A stretch of 64,000 nt of DNA, taken from contig CAWCFT010000019.1 of the NCBI GenBank assembly GCA_963794945.1, positions 2,052 through 66,051 of the forward strand, written 5' to 3'. This document shows, in pieces, positions 60,510-64,000 of this stretch. Within the stretch, counting starts at the first letter, position 1; every line of letters starts with the position of its first letter. The translations under genes and the position numbers were made by a program. This stretch comes from Endomicrobiales bacterium (GTDB lineage: Bacteria > Elusimicrobiota > Endomicrobiia > Endomicrobiales > CAWCFT01). The notes under the pieces were generated by a model that worked only from the letters and a program-made list of their open reading frames with translations, did not search any database and had not been told where the DNA came from.

Positions 60510-62872
60510 TAGTTAATATATCCCCACTGCTCAAGCATCGATTTCAACTGTTTTGGCGAATTCTTCAAGTCCTCATAAGAAACATTGTCTTTCGTAAATA
60601 TGCCGAACAGGAGGGCTGGGGTCTTATCATCATTATAGCTCTCAGGCATGCCTTTGTAGTAGGGCCTGTCTTCAGGCTTCACCTCAAGCGACTTGTTTAT
60701 AGCAACCCCGCTTGAACCGTAAAGGACATCCGAAGGCTTTATCTGCCTGCCGTCAATTGTGCCGGATATCTGTATTTCAGCCTGTACCGGAACCATGGTG
60801 AACGAAATACTGTCGCCGCTCGCCAGCTGAGCTGTGAAACTTCTTTTTGTTTTTGATGTAGTAGCCACCTTTGTATCCGCTATATCTATAACCCCACCGG
60901 CCGAAACAGTTATATTGGCTGTTGAACCTTTGGGACCCCTGTAAACTATCCTGTTCTCCTCATCGCGGGCAAGCACGGCATCCAGGAACCCGCGCATTTT
61001 TGCCAGCTCCGGGCTTTCGGTGAACGCCAGATTGTTAAGGCACGCAGGATCCTTTTGAACATTATACAATTCTTCCGGTATAACTGTCTCTTTAGGGAAC
61101 CCTTCCCTGGGCCTGAAATTGTCTATATATAGGTATTCGTCTTTCCAATAAACGCCGTAGTTCGTCACGCCCTGGTGAAAGGTTACACCTTCGCTGAAAT
61201 CCTTGCCGTCCATGAGGCCAAGCAGGCTCTGCCCCTTGAACTCCGGAGGCGTTTTGATTCCTGTCATTTCTGCAAGCGTAGGGGCAAGGTCGAGCAGCTG
61301 GACTTTCCTTTCAATGGCCTTATGTTTTTTTATGTTCCAGAATATCAGCGGGACGTTCACGTCATCCGGTGTTACGTTGACACCGTGAGAGTGGAACCAC
61401 ACGGTTTTCTTTGTCCACTCGCCGAATCTCGTGGGCCAATCATAAACGCCCGACCGGAACGCGAGGCCGTGGTCCGCGGTAACTACAACCACCGTGTCTT
61501 TGAACGCCGGCGACGACTTGAGGTAGTCTTTAAGTATCTTAATGTAATCGTCGTGATATATTATGTCGCCGCTGTAGAGAGCGTCGCGCAGGTTAGTGTA
61601 TTTTCCTGACTTGATAGTCCTCCACAAATAACTTAATGGCGGCCTGTAAGGCCCGTGCGGCCCGTAGTAATAGACCAGCAGGAAGAATTTCTCGTTGCCG
61701 TGTTTCGCAAGCCAGTTGATGGCTTCCTGCGTAACGTGCGGCGGGCTGTAGCCCGACTGCTCCAGGTTCTCGGCCTCGTCAAACCCTATATCGCCCGAAA
61801 GCCCGTGGCCGTCGCAAAACAGCGATACTGAACCTATACCCGCCGACCTGTAGCCGTTCGCCGCGAACATCGAAGGGATGGTGGTTATCTGTCTCTTATA
61901 AAAACTTTCTTTCTCGGCTTTTGAGAGGTCATAATGCGTGGCTGTTTCGGGCATCTCGAACGAATAGCGGGAAGACATGAACGAGTAAACCGAAAGTTTT
62001 GTGTTGTTGCCGTTTGAGAACGCCCGCTTGAAATCAACACCCTCAGACGCCATGCCGCAAAGCACGGGCGAGAATTCCGGTATCATATGCCCGCGCTTGA
62101 ACGAGTCTATTACGATAAGTATAACGCTGGGCTGCCGCTTTGACGCTGACGCGCTTTTTGAGTAAACACACGGCTTGCCCCAGAAAGAGAGAGCGGTGCC
62201 GGAATCCTTTTTAGTGACAAAAATTATCTTGACCGTTTTTCCTGAGTACTCTTTTAAATTAACCTCGGCGTAGTTCCATTTCCCGTTGTGGTCTTCTATG
62301 CCCGGCTTAAAATATTTTATTATGTTCTTGTAGAGCGTACCATAATAGTTCCATAAGTACGGCTTCATGGGTTCCACGTGTTTCGCGAACACTATATTTT
62401 CTTTCCCTTCCGCGCCCTTTACAACCACCGAGAACTCCGCGCCGCTCATCATAAACCCGTTGACCGCAGAGATAACACCGTAGTCAAACTTAAGTATCGG
62501 GTTCTCGGGAAGCTTGAGAGAGTACTCTATGCTCGCAGGAGCGGGTGCGAATATGCAGTCACGGTGCACAGTTTTCAACGGGAACCAACCCAACGAAATA
62601 TGCATGTTCAGCGGGCCGTTGTGCAGGGCCGGATAATCTTCCTTGTATGGATATTTATCAAGGTATTTCGAACCTTCGCTTAAGGCAGGCATATCGATAA
62701 CTGCGCCGGTAATATTCCTGGTCATATCAAAATACAGTTCTTCCGGTATGCCGTCCGGTTTTGATGAGGTGTCTATATCAGGCAGCCTCTTATCGTTAGG
62801 AATGATAAAAAAGATATAAAACGCCGTGAACAGTAATAGAAATGCGCCGATGACTGCAATTGTTTTCTTCAA
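60509..62872 (-). CDS. Membrane-anchored sulfatase/alkaline-phosphatase-fold protein
   Basis: VILIVIDS, PHGPY, VTADHG, VPLIF, DLAPT, ELYN...DP; no C/SxPxR motif. Confidence 0.82.
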   Translation of the reverse strand: MKKTIAVIGAFLLLFTAFYIFFIIPNDKRLPDIDTSSKPDGIPEELYFDMTRNITGAVIDMPALSEGSKYLDKYPYKEDYPALHNGPLNMHISLGWFPLKTVHRDCIFAPAPASIEYSLKLPENPILKFDYGVISAVNGFMMSGAEFSVVVKGAEGKENIVFAKHVEPMKPYLWNYYGTLYKNIIKYFKPGIEDHNGKWNYAEVNLKEYSGKTVKIIFVTKKDSGTALSFWGKPCVYSKSASASKRQPSVILIVIDSFKRGHMIPEFSPVLCGMASEGVDFKRAFSNGNNTKLSVYSFMSSRYSFEMPETATHYDLSKAEKESFYKRQITTIPSMFAANGYRSAGIGSVSLFCDGHGLSGDIGFDEAENLEQSGYSPPHVTQEAINWLAKHGNEKFFLLVYYYGPHGPYRPPLSYLWRTIKSGKYTNLRDALYSGDIIYHDDYIKILKDYLKSSPAFKDTVVVVTADHGLAFRSGVYDWPTRFGEWTKKTVWFHSHGVNVTPDDVNVPLIFWNIKKHKAIERKVQLLDLAPTLAEMTGIKTPPEFKGQSLLGLMDGKDFSEGVTFHQGVTNYGVYWKDEYLYIDNFRPREGFPKETVIPEELYNVQKDPACLNNLAFTESPELAKMRGFLDAVLARDEENRIVYRGPKGSTANITVSAGGVIDIADTKVATTSKTKRSFTAQLASGDSISFTMVPVQAEIQISGTIDGRQIKPSDVLYGSSGVAINKSLEVKPEDRPYYKGMPESYNDDKTPALLFGIFTKDNVSYEDLKNSPKQLKSMLEQWGYIN

Positions 62873-62894
62873 TTGTAAATATACCTCTTTTCTC

Positions 62895-63017
62895 TGTCAT
62901 ACCCGAATGTCTATATCGGGTATCCATTTCCAAAAATGATTCTTTTATGTTGTTAGTATTTAAGGCATTTATATTATTTTAGTTATGGATTCCGGATTAC
63001 GAATTTCCGGAATGACA
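62895..63017. repeat. REP-like element (TGTCAT.CCCG...ATCCA / TGGATTCC...GGAATGACA)
   Basis: TGTCATACCCGA-ATGTCTATA-TCGGGTATCCAT and ATGGATTCCGGA-TTACGAATT-TCCGGAATGACA flank an AT-rich spacer. Confidence 0.7.
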
Positions 63018-63027
63018 CCTTCACTGT

Positions 63028-64000
63028 TTATTTCTCCTGCACCGCGAAACCGTTCTTAAAAACTATATTCTTATCCTTTGCCATGAATTTGAATAACTTT
63101 TTCTTAAGCTCTTCGAGTTTACTTGAATTTTCCCCTGAAATATCGTTGGCGAACGCGGGGTCCTGCTCTTTATCGTAAAGTTCGTATTTTACGCCCTGCC
63201 TCTCCGGGACGTATATGAGCCTGTACCTGCCGTCATCAACCATCCTGTGTTTTGCGGTGTTTATCAGAGGCTCGTACTCTTTTTTGAGGACAACCTCGAG
63301 GTTGTGTGTGTAATCTATATTGGAAATAGCTGTTATATCGGGGTACATTATCCTTTCTTTCTGAAAGAAACCTCCGGAGATGTCGCTGAACCATATGCCG
63401 GTCTCGGCAAAAGCGAATAAGCCCAGGCTGCTTTTTTTGCCTTCGAGCAGCGGCATGAGGCTCTGCCCGTCCGTATCCGCGGGAATACTTAAACCCAGAT
63501 ACTCGCGCAGCGTGGGCGCGAGGTCGATGTTCCTCGTAAGGCATTTAACCTCTTTGACGTAATTGTTTTTCCCCGGGAAGCTGATCACAAGCGGGACGTT
63601 AAGCACATCGTCGCCGCGCAGGTGTTCCCCGTGGCCTACGTACCAATTGTTTTCGTAGAGGCTTTCGCCGTGGTCGGCCGTGATGATGACAATGGTATTA
63701 TCCAGGCAGCCCCGCTTATCAAGATAGTTCAATATTCTGCCTGCTGCGCTGTCGAATGCCTCAACAGAACCGTCATAGAGCGCGCGTACCTGGTCAACGT
63801 CCACAGGCGAAGCCTGTTCATCGGTATATATCGCGGGAGGCCTGTGGTATTTGTACTTACCGCTGTACGCTGGGTCAGTGTATTTCTGGTAGTACGGATA
63901 CGGCGCCGCGTAAGGAAAATGTATATTCGAGAAGAACACGAAACAGAAGAACCTGTCTTTTCTTGTAAGGCCTGACAGCGTGTCGATTGTTTCATCGGCA
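63028..64000 (-). CDS. Sulfatase-fold protein, 5' end outside window
   Basis: HFPY, LYDG, TADHGE, GHG, VPLV, DLAPT, ELYD...DP. Confidence 0.85.
   Translation of the reverse strand, partial: ADETIDTLSGLTRKDRFFCFVFFSNIHFPYAAPYPYYQKYTDPAYSGKYKYHRPPAIYTDEQASPVDVDQVRALYDGSVEAFDSAAGRILNYLDKRGCLDNTIVIITADHGESLYENNWYVGHGEHLRGDDVLNVPLVISFPGKNNYVKEVKCLTRNIDLAPTLREYLGLSIPADTDGQSLMPLLEGKKSSLGLFAFAETGIWFSDISGGFFQKERIMYPDITAISNIDYTHNLEVVLKKEYEPLINTAKHRMVDDGRYRLIYVPERQGVKYELYDKEQDPAFANDISGENSSKLEELKKKLFKFMAKDKNIVFKNGFAVQEK

Noticed and set aside
91-63975. Numerous plus-strand ORFs (up to 252 aa)
   Set aside because: They lie antisense to well-supported minus-strand genes or cross repeats and show no recognisable motifs.
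1-64000. CRISPR arrays, tRNA/rRNA genes, integrases or transposases
   Set aside because: No regularly spaced repeats, RNA-gene signatures or recombinase ORFs were found.

Overview
Bacterial diderm (LPS-producing) chromosomal window. Gene content and style suggest an anaerobe, possibly Elusimicrobiota, but this is inference. Every credible gene is on the minus strand; the plus-strand ORFs are antisense shadows. In transcription order (right to left): sulfatase-fold proteins; an AT-rich accessory patch (orphan ParB, Zn-finger plus PD-(D/E)XK-like pair, CarF/PEDS1-type desaturase, AbiE toxin-antitoxin with a 23-bp operator); LPS core/Kdo/heptose/Lpt genes; a hpf-ptsN-hprK-rapZ-yvcK plus mannose-type PTS cluster lacking rpoN and carrying a GH57 gene; lepA, ileS-lspA-lgt-rluD; gmk-rpoZ-coaC-(dual receiver)-coaB-udg-priA; two GT-C/TPR membrane proteins; def-fmt; a tatA-tatC-DUF362-polyferredoxin-copA unit; and a rubredoxin/ferritin-like/IscS-like unit. 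About ten single-base frameshifts in conserved genes point to uncorrected long-read errors. The strongest novelty candidates are (1) an IscS-like protein whose PLP Schiff-base Lys is replaced by Gln and which has a His/Cys tail, co-transcribed with rubredoxin and a di-iron protein, and (2) a dedicated Tat translocase whose TatC has lost the twin-arginine-binding Glu, next to two substrates with non-RR signals.
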